Below, in pieces: positions 1 through 13,559 of a stretch of 64,000 bases of DNA. The position numbers and the translations under genes were made by a program. The DNA lies in contig MU058065.1 in the NCBI GenBank assembly GCA_013265495.1, forward strand, positions 9,961,720 through 10,025,719. The letters run 5' to 3'. Position 1 is the first letter of the stretch. Each line of letters begins with the position of its first letter. The DNA is from Vicugna vicugna (lineage: Eukaryota). The notes under the pieces are model-generated. The model saw nothing but the letters and a program-made list of their open reading frames with translations, did no database searches and was not told the DNA's origin.

Positions 1-809
1 TCATGTTCACCTTGGCTATAAGGCTGATTATAAGTTTGTGGTCTCATAATTCTCAATGAACTCCTGAGGGTAGGATCTATGCCTAATTTATATTTGTATC
101 CCTTAAGCCACTTACGATAGTAGGCACTCCGTAGATTTTTTGTTTAATAAACACGCATATTGAAAATCAAGACAAAAGTGACATTTGGAGACTGGGTGAG
201 CTAATTGCTCCAATTCATCACTGAATTTAGGATATCTAGACAAAACTTCTGCTCCCTGGACTCCAGCACAGCCTTTCCTAACCTCCTTTCCTTTTCATTT
301 TCAATCCCTCCAGGCCTAGGTGAGGCCTTTCTCCCCACCCCCAAGCACCCGTCCCTCCTCCTGCTTGACCCAGTTACTTTGATAGAAGAACTAGGTCAGC
401 AGTCTAGGGACCGACAGTCTCAGCCTTTTTTCTCCCAAAGGTGAGGATGACTGAATATTGGTCTCTAAGTGGCAAAGAATCCTATTCTTGAAGTTCCTTG
501 ATGACTCCAAAAGCATAGAATCTGAGAGAAGAGACGATCCCCTCTCTGAGTGAGACTGAAAGTCAGCACGAACTTCCAGGTCAAAACTCAGAGTCTTCTT
601 TGACAATCCCCTTGCTTCTCCCCATGTCCCGATAGCCCTGAACATTTTCCCCTGAGAACAGCACCTGTGATCTGGGTCCATGTCTGGCTTCCCATGGCCA
701 CCAACCTGGACTGAGCCTGCACGTGCCCGCTGTGTGCCCTGTGTCCCTCGCAGGCCATATGCCACCTGCCACAGCAGAGACTGGGTTTGAGTCCAACTTA
801 TTTTGCTTC

Positions 810-950
810 CACACCATGTGACTTTTAGAGAAGCCCCTAAGGTTTGTTTCCTTCTCTGTAAAATGGGGATGATAATGTCTCCTGAGGTGATTAAACAGGA
901 AAAGGCATGGAAATCACTGACACAATGTCTAGAACATGGTAAGCTTTAAG
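810..950 (+). mobile_element. MIR SINE fragment
   Basis: Core GTTTCCTTCTCTGTAAAATGGGGATGATAAT and tail ACAATGTCTAGAACATGGTAAGC. Confidence 0.75.
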
Positions 951-2229
951 CTCAAGAAATGGCCTCACCTGTTCCCCGAGCAACCACCTTCTTTTCCGCA
1001 GGCACGGCCCTCCCTATCTAAGTCGCTGTCTTTTCTCCTTTGTCTTAACAAAATTCTATTTATCCACCAGTTGACTATCAAATGGTCCTATATAATTTTA
1101 TCCCTTCTGATCTATTTCTCTTTTCTGTAAATAACACTTATTTTTTTGTGGCAAGCAAATTAGAACCAGTCTGTATTATCCTGTATTCTTTCAGGCTGCC
1201 TTACATAAACTGACTATCAGGTCTTTAAGGACAGGATCACGTCTGTGGGCCTAGCCTCGTGCCAGCACAGACAGAGTAAACGCTAAACCTTTTTTGACCC
1301 AACAGTTGCAGGAAACGCTGAGAGACAAACATTGTGCATTCCTCAGTGGAGTGGCTCTGAAGTTTCCCAGAATTGTTTATTGCTGCTCTGGCTTACTAAT
1401 TTTAAGTGTGACAAAAATGCTCTGGCCCATTCATAAAGTTCTCTGGCATCACGACATGTCTTTAATCTTCTGTAGTTAAATATCATCACAGCCAAATGCA
1501 GTGATATAATAAAAAGCAATCTATTATCATAATAAGTTGCCAGGAGTACAATCAGTCAAAATGGCAGTTCTCTGACACCCTGCCATCCCCAGACTCCCCT
1601 TCGACAATGTGTGACATAAGCTAATTTACATGTTTTCTGTGTAAAGCAGAATCAGAGAAGTCTGATAACAGACATAGAATCACCAGGAATAGCCTAAAAA
1701 TGGTAATGTCAAGCTTGCCCATCCTATCCAGGATGTCATTCCGATGCAGGCACTTGTATGTTAATTTATTATGGTGTTAATCCATTCTGAAAATGCCGAT
1801 CTCCACAGTCCCACTACCACAGGTAGTTGAACAGCCAAACTCATGTAAGAAATTGGACAGAGCAGGTATGATGGCCGCGGAGTCTCATTAGTTATACAAG
1901 GGTTTTTTAGAGGCTGAGAAAGACTTCATTGCTCTGACAAGAAGGTATTCATCTACGTTTTAAAACTGGCAAGACATTACCAATTTCATGGTTCTATTCC
2001 TGTCGCTAAGCATGCCACGAACCCTAATGCGCTGTTGACGTGTTGGAAGTATTACACGTGGGAGATGGTGAACGCAGGGAGAAAGTGGCATCTGTCTCAC
2101 ACACTCAAGCTGTGTTCTTTCGCCTTCGGTTCTTTGGACGTTGTTGTCAACTCCCAGCTCCCAAGACTCCGACTCTAAGTAGTGTAACACCTGCTGCAAG
2201 GCTTAGGGATTCTCCACAACCAGCTCGTG

Positions 2230-2422
2230 GCGGTACTTGTGGTAGGTTCCCGCGTGTGTAGCTGTTTAATGCTTTGATGGCTGTTTAACGGCTCCTCTCA
2301 AACACCTGTTCCTGAACGACAGAGGTATAAATCCCAGCCTGAGCAAAAGTCACACCACAGCAGAACGCCAGGGAAACCGCAGAGATTATTAGGATAGCGG
2401 AGTGGTTCTTGAGCAGGTACGT
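2230..2422 (+). promoter_or_regulatory. Candidate TATA promoter with short first exon
   Basis: TATAAAT at 2326-2332, CA-rich initiator-like sequence ~30 nt downstream, donor CAG|GTACGT at 2416/2417, and local CpG retention. Confidence 0.3.
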
Positions 2423-3566
2423 TCAGCACCCGCGTCCCCTGCCCTACCCGCCACCTCTCTGCTGCCATGTCACCTACTCAATGTGCAACTGCATGGAAGA
2501 AAGAAAAGGGTAGTGTTAGCTAGCTCTCTAAATGAGAGGAAAAAAAATATTTACTTCCTTTGCTTGTCTGCAATCTAGTAAGAAGCTTATTCGTGCATTT
2601 AAAATTAAACCCTTATTTTAATAGCTAAACACAAAGAGCAAACACTCGGAAAGTGGACTGTCTCTGTAACATTTGCTGGGAGAGTTTCCCCGCTATAGCT
2701 GGCATTCTGGTTTTATTATGTCATTTTACGGGCAATAAGATTAGATTTTTTTCCGTTGCAATTTATTTGAAGGAAAATATTAATTTGGAGGTTATTATCA
2801 CAGTACTGAATTTCAATGTAATTCTCCAACTCATTAAAAACCATGAACTGCTATCTATGAGTGCTTCATGCTGAAGTATCAAAACACTGGGGGAAAATTC
2901 TTTAAGTCCAGTGACATCTATATCCTGCAACCATGCCCTCTTTCCAGCCAGTGTGTACCACTACCCCTTCAGAATGATTAATTTTTTATAAGAGTGTGAG
3001 TTCCTCTTAAAAGTTAGTCTTAAAAACATATGGCTTGCTTTCTTCATCAGAAACTTAAACATCTGAAGTCCAGGTATTTGCCCAGGATTTTAAACTTCAA
3101 TTTTCATCTCCTTCTGTTTTATTAAAGCTCAGTTATAAGAAATAATATTCCTGGATGGTGAGCTAGACTTTTATTAGTAATGACAATTCCTGTTGTGTGA
3201 TGCTTTCTCCTGTTTCTGATCGAATCAGTGTAAACAAAGTGGAATCAAGATCAAGTTTGACTTTGCTACAAAGGAATTCTCTTCAGTATTCTCCTTTAAT
3301 TATTTTCAGATACGCAGGGGTCTGTATGTTTATTTTCAAATATATAAGATTCTTTTATGTTACCATGTGACAATTCACATTTACCAAATGTGTGGTATTG
3401 AAAGATAACTGGTAGGTTATCTGGGATTTTAAAAAGAACTTTGGGATTATATAAACAGGTCAAGAAAAGAATGTTCTATATTTTTTAAGAGTCTTCAGTG
3501 TTCCCAAAGAACAACACTTTTATCATTGATTGGGGATTGGCTGGGAAAGAGGTTTGTTTAGAAGCC

Positions 3567-4020
3567 TGCAGTAAACAGAATAATAGCCCTCTCAAAGATA
3601 TCCAGGTTCCATGCCCTAGAACCTATGAATATGCTATCTTATACATGGCAAAAGGGTCTTTGAAGATGTTATTAAGGGTGTACAGGTGGAAAGAGTCTCT
3701 TGGATCATCCTGGTGGGTCCAGTGTAATCACAAGGAACTTTACAAGAGGGAGCCAGCAAATCAAATGAACAGAAGGCAAGGTGACAAGGGGAGCAGAGAG
3801 AGCAAAGGCAGTGTAGTGCAAAGCCATGGACCAAGGGATGTGGGTGGCCTTAGAAGCTGGAAAAGGCAAGGGGACAGATTCTCCCCTATAACATCAATAA
3901 AAACAAGGCTTTCTCACACCTTAGCTCCATAAAATCCATTTTGGACTTCTGATTTCTAAATTTTTAAGATAATTAATTTGTGTTTTTAAGACACTTAGTT
4001 TGTGGCACTTTGTTACAATA
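3567..4020 (+). mobile_element. MaLR solo LTR (MLT1C/D-like)
   Basis: Starts TG..CAGAATAATAGCCCTCTCAAAGATATCCAGG..AGAACCTATGAATATG. Contains TAGAAGCTGGAAAAGGCAAGG..AGATTCTCCCCTA. Ends TTTTGGACTTCTGA..AGTTTGTGGCACTTTGTTACA. Confidence 0.85.
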
Positions 4021-5480
4021 TCGACCCCCCAAAATAAAGGGTTTCCTTAGGAAAGTTTCTCTTGATATTTTCTCCAGGTGCCCCTTTCCTAGGCAGATCC
4101 ACATCACTGCTGTTTGTGAGCTGTTCCTCCTTTTCCAGTTTTGCTCAGAGACTAGGAATCATCTTAAAGCTGATGCTCTCCCTGCACTGTGTCCCTGTTT
4201 TCATGGAGCTCACATTTAACTGGGAAGAAACAGATGCTAACAAATGAATTAATAGATACAAGATACAATAGATGGTAAAAAAAATGTATCAAGACAAGGA
4301 GATGGAGAGTGATGTCTGGATGCTATTTATTTTGGAGGGAGTATTTGGTCTAGTTTAATAACTTTTTCTCTAGAATAAGTCTCACATTCTGTTCCTATAT
4401 TATCATCAATTCTCTGCACATAAAAAAGTATTCATTTGGTGCTCCCAAAGAGACTCCCCTTTTTCTAAATAACGTCTCACCTCTTCTCAGATATTAGAAG
4501 GCTAGGTATGCCTCATCCCTAAGAACTAGCCATAATTGGACATGCAGAAAGTAGTATAAGAAAGCATTTGGATATAAGTTCCAAATCTGAATCCCAAGAC
4601 CTCAACCATAAGAGCACAAAAAACATTTCTATTCTCTTCCTTAACTTCCTTCCTTAAAAGGCTAGATGAGATTCAGACAAGAGCTGGTGCCAGAAATTCA
4701 AGGTAAATTTTGCCACTGCATGACATGTAGACCTCAATCAGACTTTATTGGTCATTTCTTAAGCAACTGCAGTAATTTTAGAGTTGAAATCCACAGTGAA
4801 ACCCTGAGAACTCAAGTTAAGAGAACTAAGCAGGAAAAGAAAAAAAGAATAAAGAATAAAATAGTAAAAAAGAAAAAGGGAAAGAAAAGGAAGGGAAGGG
4901 ATTTGGGTTTGCATATGTGTTTGGGATGGTCTTACAAACACAAGTATTAAGCCTAAAATGAGATTTTTGTTGTGTTTTGTTTTTCCAAGCCCCTGGATTG
5001 TTTCTAGACTCAAGGTATTAGCAATAGATCATGGTAATCCTCTACATGGCATATTCAAGTGTCTTGACCTTTGATATTCCAAGCAGTTACTTTTGAATGT
5101 ACTTATTATTAATTTGGCTTGAATAAAGCTTATCTACTTTATTTACATAATCTTTTGAAAAGGAGGAATGTCGATAAACTGCGTTCTGGTTGAGGTTTTT
5201 GGGGTCTGCTTAGCTGGAGAGGATGAGGTAGAGCTGGGACTCAGGACACAGATAAAAGTTTCATATTATACGGCTTTTATTATACTGCTTTTCACATTAC
5301 TTTTTTCCCTTATATTCTTACTTTAATGTGTAATGTAGCCACTCAGCCTACCTGTGTCCCACTTAATGTAACATAAGGCTAAATTCCAAAGACACTGACC
5401 CAAATACATTTCAAGTAGCATTTAAATACTATTTGAAATAAAATTCTACCACACAGCCATGAGAAAACGTTCTTAGTAAT

Positions 5481-5520
5481 TGTGTGTGTATTTGTGTGTG
5501 CGTGTGTGTGCGTGCGTATG
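5481..5520. repeat. Imperfect (TG)n microsatellite
   Basis: TGTGTGTGTATTTGTGTGTGCGTGTGTGTGCGTGCGTATG. Confidence 0.85.
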
Positions 5521-5635
5521 GTTGCTACACTCATCTCAATTTTTATCTTGACTTTAAGCTATTTGTGGCTGAAGAGGATACGATTCTGATAGAAAGAAGA
5601 AACAATTTTCAACTTGAAAAGAGAAGTCTCTTCTT

Positions 5636-5775
5636 GAGGGGAGGGTATAGCTCAGTGGTAGAGTGTGTGCTTGGCATGTACAAGGTCCTGGGTTCAATTC
5701 CCAGTACCTCTGTTAAGAAATACATAAATAAACCTAATCCCTCCCCAAATATGCATGGATAATAATTAATGAAAA
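5636..5775 (+). mobile_element. tRNA-derived SINE (camelid vic-1-like, tRNA-Ala-like head)
   Basis: Head GAGGGGAGGGTATAGCTCAGTGGTAGAG..GGTTCAATTCCCAGTACC contains Pol III A box (TAGCTCAGTGG) and B box (GGTTCAATTCC), followed by an A-rich tail. Target-site duplication AAGTCTCTTCTT (5624-5635) / AAGTCTCCTCTT (5776-5787). Confidence 0.9.
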
Positions 5776-8700
5776 AAGTCTCCTCTTAAGTCAGTGTATA
5801 TTTTATTAGAAGTCATGTTCTAAAATTTAGTCAGATTTTGCTTATACTCAGTTGAAGCCCTTTAAATGTATCCTGTGGTTTTAATATGTAATTAAGAAAG
5901 TATTCAGAAACATCCTTCCTCCACTCTAGTAATTGTTAAATTCATCCTTAAGAATTATTACACTTTCTATTTCTGTCTTGATTTGCAAAGGGCATGGTAA
6001 TCAATAATAACTGTAAAATAATGTGGAACAATTAGTTTTTCTTGCATGCTCATAATTTGTGTTGAGATCAGTTGGCATTAGTTAATGCACATACTGGAGA
6101 GGGGGAAATTAACCTGCCAATAATCAAGTTTCATACTCACTGCTATTAATAGCATTTTTGCTTTAAATAAATAATGTTTGAAAATTTATATTCTAGCATC
6201 CCACTAGTAACAGAAATGGATGCATTTTCTTCTAGAACCCAATGATCTTCCAAACATAACGACTCTCTTAAATAAGATGAGTCAACATTTGTCTCTGGGT
6301 TTTACCAGTTTAACTGCTTATGCCTCTTCAAAACTGAGTCTCTGCTGTCGTTCATATCCTAGAAGCTCTCATGGTCAATTCACTTGAGTAAGGTAGAGTT
6401 TAAACATTTATGCAAGCCCAGCGTTTGATCACAAAAGCTGAACTGAAACATCAGGGTTGTACTTCCCTCAAATACACATGGTTCTCCACGACCGCTGATG
6501 GTCTGCCATGTTCAGTTATCCTTTATCATTCCTTTCTTGCCTTAATGATGTTCTGAGTAGGTTTGCTATTGTTTTCTTACTCTCCCTTCATCTAATTCCC
6601 CCCTCCCCATGTTGTTCTAAGTCATCCACAGGCAGTTTCCCTTTCCCTGTAGACAGAAGAGTCCTTTTAAGTTTCTCCCTTCAGATTCTATGAAGGCAGG
6701 AGCTTGGAAGGTAACATGGATGCAGGGACACAGCTGAAGCCATAAGGAGGACCTTGTTTTGAGGCTCAGTGTCTGGCCTGCCAACATTTTACAACTAAAA
6801 TCCTTGAGGTCAGCGGAATTGCTTATATATTAGTTTACTATTTTGGCTCAGAACTTGCTGTTTATTTTGCCATTGAGCTATATCCCTCAATCAAGTGTAA
6901 CTTTTAATTGTATTAAAGGATATTAATTGTATGTAAAGAAGGATATAATTCAATTTCTTTCAGCACTATATTTATTGGAGACAGTGAAAAATTTTGTAAC
7001 TATAAATAAAGGAAGTAAATTTGATTCCAATGAAGGGCAGAAATGGATGGAAATGTTCTCCAGCAAGACAGACACCTTCCTCTACAGGCTCCTATGTATC
7101 ATTTTATGTATATGGTGTGGTAGTAAGTCCTTAAGGAAGTTTTGAAATAGCAACATCACGGGATTCAGTGAGAGAAAAATATGGTCACCTTTCTTGCCTT
7201 GAAAATAAATTATAAATGTGTGCTTTTTTCTGGCAAATAAGGTCACACATTTATCCTAATTTTATTTTCAAGACTGTTCATGGTCAAAGAAATATGGAAA
7301 ACACTTATTTAAAACATGAACAAAGACAAAGAACAATAACAACACAAATCCTCATGAGAGAGAGGACTGTATCACTAATTTACTTTAGAGGCAAAGACCA
7401 AGAGACTTTCCATAATGATACTGGACGTAAGCTAATGGCAGAGCTAGATGTTATCAGAGTATTCAATTTAGGACCTCTAATTCAAGCATAGTGCTTCCTG
7501 CACTCTGGGAAGAAAAGTCTTCCATAACTTATTTTAAACCTAAAAGAAATAAATAATCAACTGTCAAAATATTTAGAAACCACAACCAACAAATGAAATG
7601 TATGTAAAGATAAATGCGCTTCACGGTTTTTGACCCAATCCATAATTTGAGGTTACATTATATTCACAGTTTAGATGACTGCCTTAAACGCTGCTTTGGG
7701 CATTTGTCGTGGCTTAGTCTTCTGCTCCAACCCGGTAAACTGTGAAGAGGTTTTCATAATGAGGAGAAGTGGTGTTGTGGGATTTGGAGACACTGCTCCA
7801 CAGAACACAGAAAATGGAATCTGGACGGCTGTCCTGTTGCTCTGCAAGAGGAAGCAGTTGCTGTTACTTGACTTTCTCTTCTGCCCAGGCTGTGACGTGG
7901 TCATCCACTGACGATGAAATCAATCGAATATTAATTGGGCCTCATTCATTCCAAACGACAGTTGGGACTTTTTACATGAAGAGATTTTCAGCTGAAGTTA
8001 AAATTTTTATATACATAAATGTAGATGAAGCATTAATATAAAACAACAGAAATATGGCTGTATTTATTAGACAGGTTAATTTTTTAATGGTTTAAGAACC
8101 ATTCTAGGAGTTTAGTATTTAGGTCAATTAGAAATTAGATACTCATTCTGCATATAATAAAATAAACCATGCAGGACTGATTGCTTTCAGATTAATCCTC
8201 TATGCCTGTTAATTTAATTTTGGTTTTTAAATGTACTCATGATTTTGAAAATTATAAAAAGAAAAGAATATATTAAAAATGTGGATATATCTTTAAATTT
8301 GAGGTTTTTTTAATGTTCTAAAAACACAAATGTATGTTTCTATCCATTTTTAGTATTATTATTTCTTAGTACTAGCATATATAAATATATTTATATAATG
8401 TGTAATAAAGAATTATCAGATTTGTGTATACACTAAATTTTGCAGATTGAATAGTTACAGGCACACCCATTATTAAACAATTTAAGGAAATCATATTAAC
8501 TTCACCTTAGGTATTTACTGAGATTATCTCAAAAAAAAAATTGCCTTTGCATTTCTCCATGTAAGAAGCTCCCTTAATGTTTATTACAAGCACACTCACC
8601 ACCCAGTGCATGGTTTGCAAGGGACTGCAAGTAAGGACATCTCACAATAGAATTACGTAGGCTTCGTTATAATTCAGCTCATTTGTTTCCTAATTCACGT

Positions 8701-11700
8701 ATCATATTATCCTATCTACTCACCCAAAGCCTATGAAGAGCATGTATTCTTTAACATTGTTGCTCTTGGGCTATGCTAGCAGAAGTACTTTGTTGGCTTG
8801 GATGGAAGTCACCTGTCAATTTAGACAATAATTCATTCAAACATTTCAAATAGATTTTAAGATACAACAGACACCTTCAAGTGACCTACCATACACTCTT
8901 CTCTCAGAGAAAAGAAGCATTTGACTGCATATTTTTAATCTAGCCAAAATGGAATAAATCTTCATTGTAATCTGAGGTATGGTCTTTTGTCCTTGTGGAA
9001 CAGAAGAAGGAAGGCAGGTGCAAGTCCCCATGTCTTAACTGCACTCTATGCTCTTTGACATTCACTGTTTAATATCTCTTAAGGTTCTCCTGTTTTTATT
9101 TTTATTTGGGTTATGCAAATCCATCATTGGAAAAAATATGTTCACATTCAGAGCTCAAGTTAGCCTACAAATCTTCTAAATGAAGTGAAGACAGTGCCAA
9201 GCTAGGATTCTAGGTACATTATGTATGTTATCACATTCAGACTTCACCAAAGTGGTAATGATAGTCTCCCTTTAAACAGCAACTTAGAGGAAAGGGAAGA
9301 TAAAGAAAAGAAAGGTCACGAGCACTTGGCAAATGACAACTACATTTGACTCAATTAACCAAATACAAGTGTGCAATGTAATATAATTCTGTGCTTGCCG
9401 CTTAGTACCATAAATCATCATCTAATAATGCTTTAGGGTAGGACATGGTCCCCCGAATAATAATCTCTAACTTGAATTTAACCACAATAGCAGAGTAAAA
9501 TAAAACACTAACAGTCTTTAAAAAACAAAGTGACTTTCTACCCAGTGAGTAGTATCAAATGCAAGGTCATGGTCTACCAAGCAAAAACGCTCTCAGTTCA
9601 AATCTTACTTGCATGGAACCCTGACCTTCCTACGTGGAAAAAAATATTTTTCTATTTTATTTATATTAATTTTTGAACTCTTTGGCCAATATAAAACCAA
9701 TGTTTTCAAAGTACTTTCTTTGCCTGTCATTTAGAATTAAAACAATTTGCTCCTGAAACACTCCCCTCATTATCTGATGTCAAGTGTTAAAATGAGACTA
9801 GGCGAAGTGCTAAAAAATGAAGTCTTTACGAAAACACCTTGGGTTTCCCTGTAGATAATTCCTGATTATACAGGAGAGTTTTAAGAATAAGGTAGAACCA
9901 AGTTTCTACTGTGTTTTCCAATTTCGTTTACAGCAGAGCAGCTGAGATAGAGGCAGATGCAGTCTTCTGCTCTTCTCTCCAATAGATGATAAAAGTAAAA
10001 TTTGAAAAATAAAGACAAATTAGCTAAGTTGGCAGTTCAATAAAATTTCAGAATCTGAAGATATTTTCTTCTGGGTAAATGGCAGCCCTGTGAAAAGCAG
10101 CAGAAGAGACTCTCTGAAAGCGTGTCTTTTGCCAGCTGATCACCATAACTCATCGTATGTATGAATGAATAATACAGAATTTGCTTAGGATAAGCATTGA
10201 GAAAGGCTTTGGTAAAATATTATTCAGTTTAGTTATTCAAAAGGAATTGTATTGAATTTTTCAGAGTATTTCAGTTATAGAAAGCAGGCATGAGATTGTG
10301 TTTAATAAAGAGTTGGTTTTTAAAAACAGAGTGGTATTGTATTTTTGAAACTCCCAACAACATCAACTGTCTAAAACTGCTTTAGCACTCGGTTAATATT
10401 CGCGAAAGACAGCAGGTAACAGCCACAGGGCTCATCCACTGCGAACTGAAGGGCAATCAATCAATATGGGCCACCTTCCTTGTTCTTCCTTCCCTTCTTC
10501 CAATTTTTCCAGTTGTTTCTATTTCAATCTTTACAGCAAACAAATGCTGTTTTTTCTTCTCACTAGAAATGGGAACTGAAAACTTTGAGTAATGTTCCTA
10601 GCTAAACTGTATTTTTTAGTAGACAACAAGCCTGCTTTATTTTTATTTTTTTAGTATCTGAGTAATATCTAGTCAGGTGTCACTTCTTAAGTCCATGAAC
10701 TAACTATTTTGAAAGCTTGGGACATTAGGGATACAGATTTCAGATCTTTTTTTTTTTTTAATTCAAACCAGATACATTTGCATGTATAGTTCTTGTTACT
10801 ATTGTGTTTCAAGCTTTCTTGAATTGGTTATGCTGTTTTCCTAAATCCTTGAACTCAAACCAAAATGAGTTATCTTATTCACAATTATGTAAGTATGACT
10901 TAAATTGTCCCGATTATCTGCTGGCTCCAGATGGCTCATGTACAGAGCCCCACAACTTAGAGAGATTGGCTTCAGTTTTTTAACAACTAGATCAAATTAA
11001 TTACTGGCAGCTTCAAAGGCTGTTTAAAGCAAAAAGGGTTTCCTACCCAAATTTCTCAGTTTGGCGTGCAGAATTGCATCGTATGCTTCAGTCTAAGCTG
11101 CTGTCCAACGGGTTCTGGTACTAAAAGCACACAGACATGTATATTCATTTCAAGATTTATTTTCCCCAACTTCATTAGGAACACCTAAAACCATTGGCTC
11201 CTCCGACATCTAAGGCATCTGTGTCACAAAAGTATTTAGTGAATTTCTCAGGATCACACTGGCAAGTACAAATCAAGCATGGATAAGAAGCTAGGGTCTT
11301 ATCTCCCTGCCTCTGCCTTCCCATACCACATGATAACCATTGCATGGCTTTTTTCCAGCCTTGAGTGACAGTATATTTTGTTTCAATAGTGCTTCTGAAT
11401 AAGCATAGTTTGATTAATGGAAAAATTTAGACACCTTTTAGTTTTTCAAACTGTTTTTATAAGTATTATGCAAATATATTACAAATATATATATACACCA
11501 CTCTATGTCATGGCCAGAAGTTATTGACAAATGCTCAGAGAAAGAAGAAATGTTAGCCTAATAATGAATTATGGTCCTGTTCACACTTTCATTGTCAAAG
11601 TTAGTAATTGCCTTAAAATAGCCAAAAAAAAAAGTTTTACATTCAATAAACCTCTTCATATTTTACACCAGGGAACCACCTTACCTAACTTAATTCAAAT

Positions 11701-12729
11701 TGTTTTAGAGACTGGTTTCACTCACAATATGTCATGCACATGGTAATTTCTTGATAGGCTTGGAGCCTGAAAAACGGACCTTGTGTGTGATACGGTGTTG
11801 GAATAGTGGTTCCCCACTGGATGCCTTTATCCAGAAGGACCTGCCTCATCCTTGGGCTTCCAGGAAAGTCTGACTCCAGCTATTTTCCAACAACTCTTAG
11901 TTGTGTCACTTTGACTGTTTGGCATAAAACAAAAACATTGCTATTTCTTTCTGGAGTTTATAATATTTGAGGTATTTGTCAGCTATTTTAAATTTGTTTT
12001 TTGCTATGTTTCTTCCCCTCTCCTCTAAATATGCATTTTTGTACCTAATTTTGTATGCTGTCTTTTAAAATATGACCTCAAAATCTTACAGGCTTAGCTC
12101 TGGCTTTAGGTATGATTAATTCACAGAAGAACCAAAACTAGACACTGGGAAATCCTGCAGAGCTGGTAAATGGATGAGCTAGGAGAGGGACCCCGTGTCC
12201 TGATTCACCCACAGGTGCTGAGTCACTGGACTATCCTGTGCCCCAGGCAGTGCCTCAGGCTGTAACGGACATCTGAGGATCCAGACTGTGTTGTCTCACT
12301 TAGAAATCTAGTCCCACATGGAGAATGCACTCTCTCTGAACTAAATATTAGACAATCTAAAGAAAATATCTGAAGAGGGAACTCAGGTCCACAAAAAGAA
12401 GCATTCTTTCAACCACAGGCAAGGCAATGCTCCCAAATCCAAAATTCTCTGAATTACACCTTCTCTATCAACAGCACGGAGATAGTGATTATTCTAAATT
12501 GTTAGAGGAATAAATGGGACTCTGCATATACAGCATACAGCACGGTATCTGGCACATACAAAGGCTCAATAAATGTAATTTAATTTAGCTTTAGGGTGGC
12601 TGATCTAAAAAAAATTAGAAGGAATTAGAATGCTAAATAATAGTAGCAGTCAGGGAAACGTGCATAAAACACTATCACCACTTTAAAAATAAGAACAAAA
12701 TTAAAGCCTCTACTTGCTTATTGAAAAGG

Positions 12730-12990
12730 TGACATGAAAGTAAAAACTAGAAAGAGCTGAGGGAGAGAGAGCCATGAAGTATCCGGGGGCAGAGCATCCT
12801 GGGCCCCATTTGAATGATTATGAGGAAACCAGTGTAGCCGGAGTGAAGAGGGAGAGAAACACGGAAAATGAGGTTGAGGTCAGGGCACACTCTGTGGGGC
12901 CTTATGTGCCATCATGGTGAGGACTTTTTATTGTGAGTGAGATGGAGTGCCACTAAATGGTTTTTAACAGACGAATACCTGATCTGTGCT
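12730..12990 (-). mobile_element. L2 LINE fragment
   Basis: GAGAGCCATGAAGTATCCGGGGGCAGAGCATCC..TGAGTGAGATGGAGTGCCACT..GGTTTTTAACAG. Confidence 0.65.
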
Positions 12991-13559
12991 CGGGTGTTAA
13001 GCTGGTAAGCATGACCTTCATTCCTGGACTAACCATTGCAAAATGGCAAACTAAAAGCTAAAAGGCATGATAATTAGATTTCCTCCCATGTCCTGCCCCA
13101 CCTAAGCTTGGATCTTGGCCAGCATATGAACCTTTTGGTTTTGGATTCACCTTCAGACATATGTCATCATGTGTTTGTCCCTCAGAAGAGCTGCGCTTCC
13201 TCTTGTTTCCATTTCAGAATTGCAGCCATCTTCTTCCAGTACCTTGAGGAGTCAGATCTAATCTTTGGACTTTGTCTGCTTCTTCGGCCAACTGTATATT
13301 AACAAAATCCCAGCTGTGACCCAGTATCTAATTCTTAATAGTACAGAAGCTTAACGAAAGAGGTAATCTTGCTTTCCACTCTGCAAGTAAAACACCTAGC
13401 AGAGTGCTGTATGAATCATCAGTTACTATGTATACTGAGTCAGGCAGATAGTCCTTTAGCATTGAGAGTTGGATTCCAGAGTTCCCTTGGTGAGAATCAG
13501 AGCAATGGTGGGGTTAGTAGAAGGAGAAAGAAAATGAGAAATTGTATGTCTTTATTTTA

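Noticed and set aside
2422..2442. REST/NRSE site (also ~58229)
   Set aside because: Only the left half TTCAGCAC matches; the GGACAG half is absent.
3498..3932. 144-aa ORF
   Set aside because: It falls inside the MLT1 LTR and is a chance open frame.
5636..5712. tRNA-Ala gene (also 62477-62552)
   Set aside because: Degenerate stems, no oligo-T terminator, and the A-rich tail plus TSD show these are SINE copies.
8715..8745. Other tiny AG..GT microexon look-alikes (7 nt here on minus; 11 nt at ~48918-48928 on plus; 60 nt at ~30672-30731 on minus)
   Set aside because: Weak pyrimidine tracts or stops in all frames; their frequency shows such motifs arise by chance.
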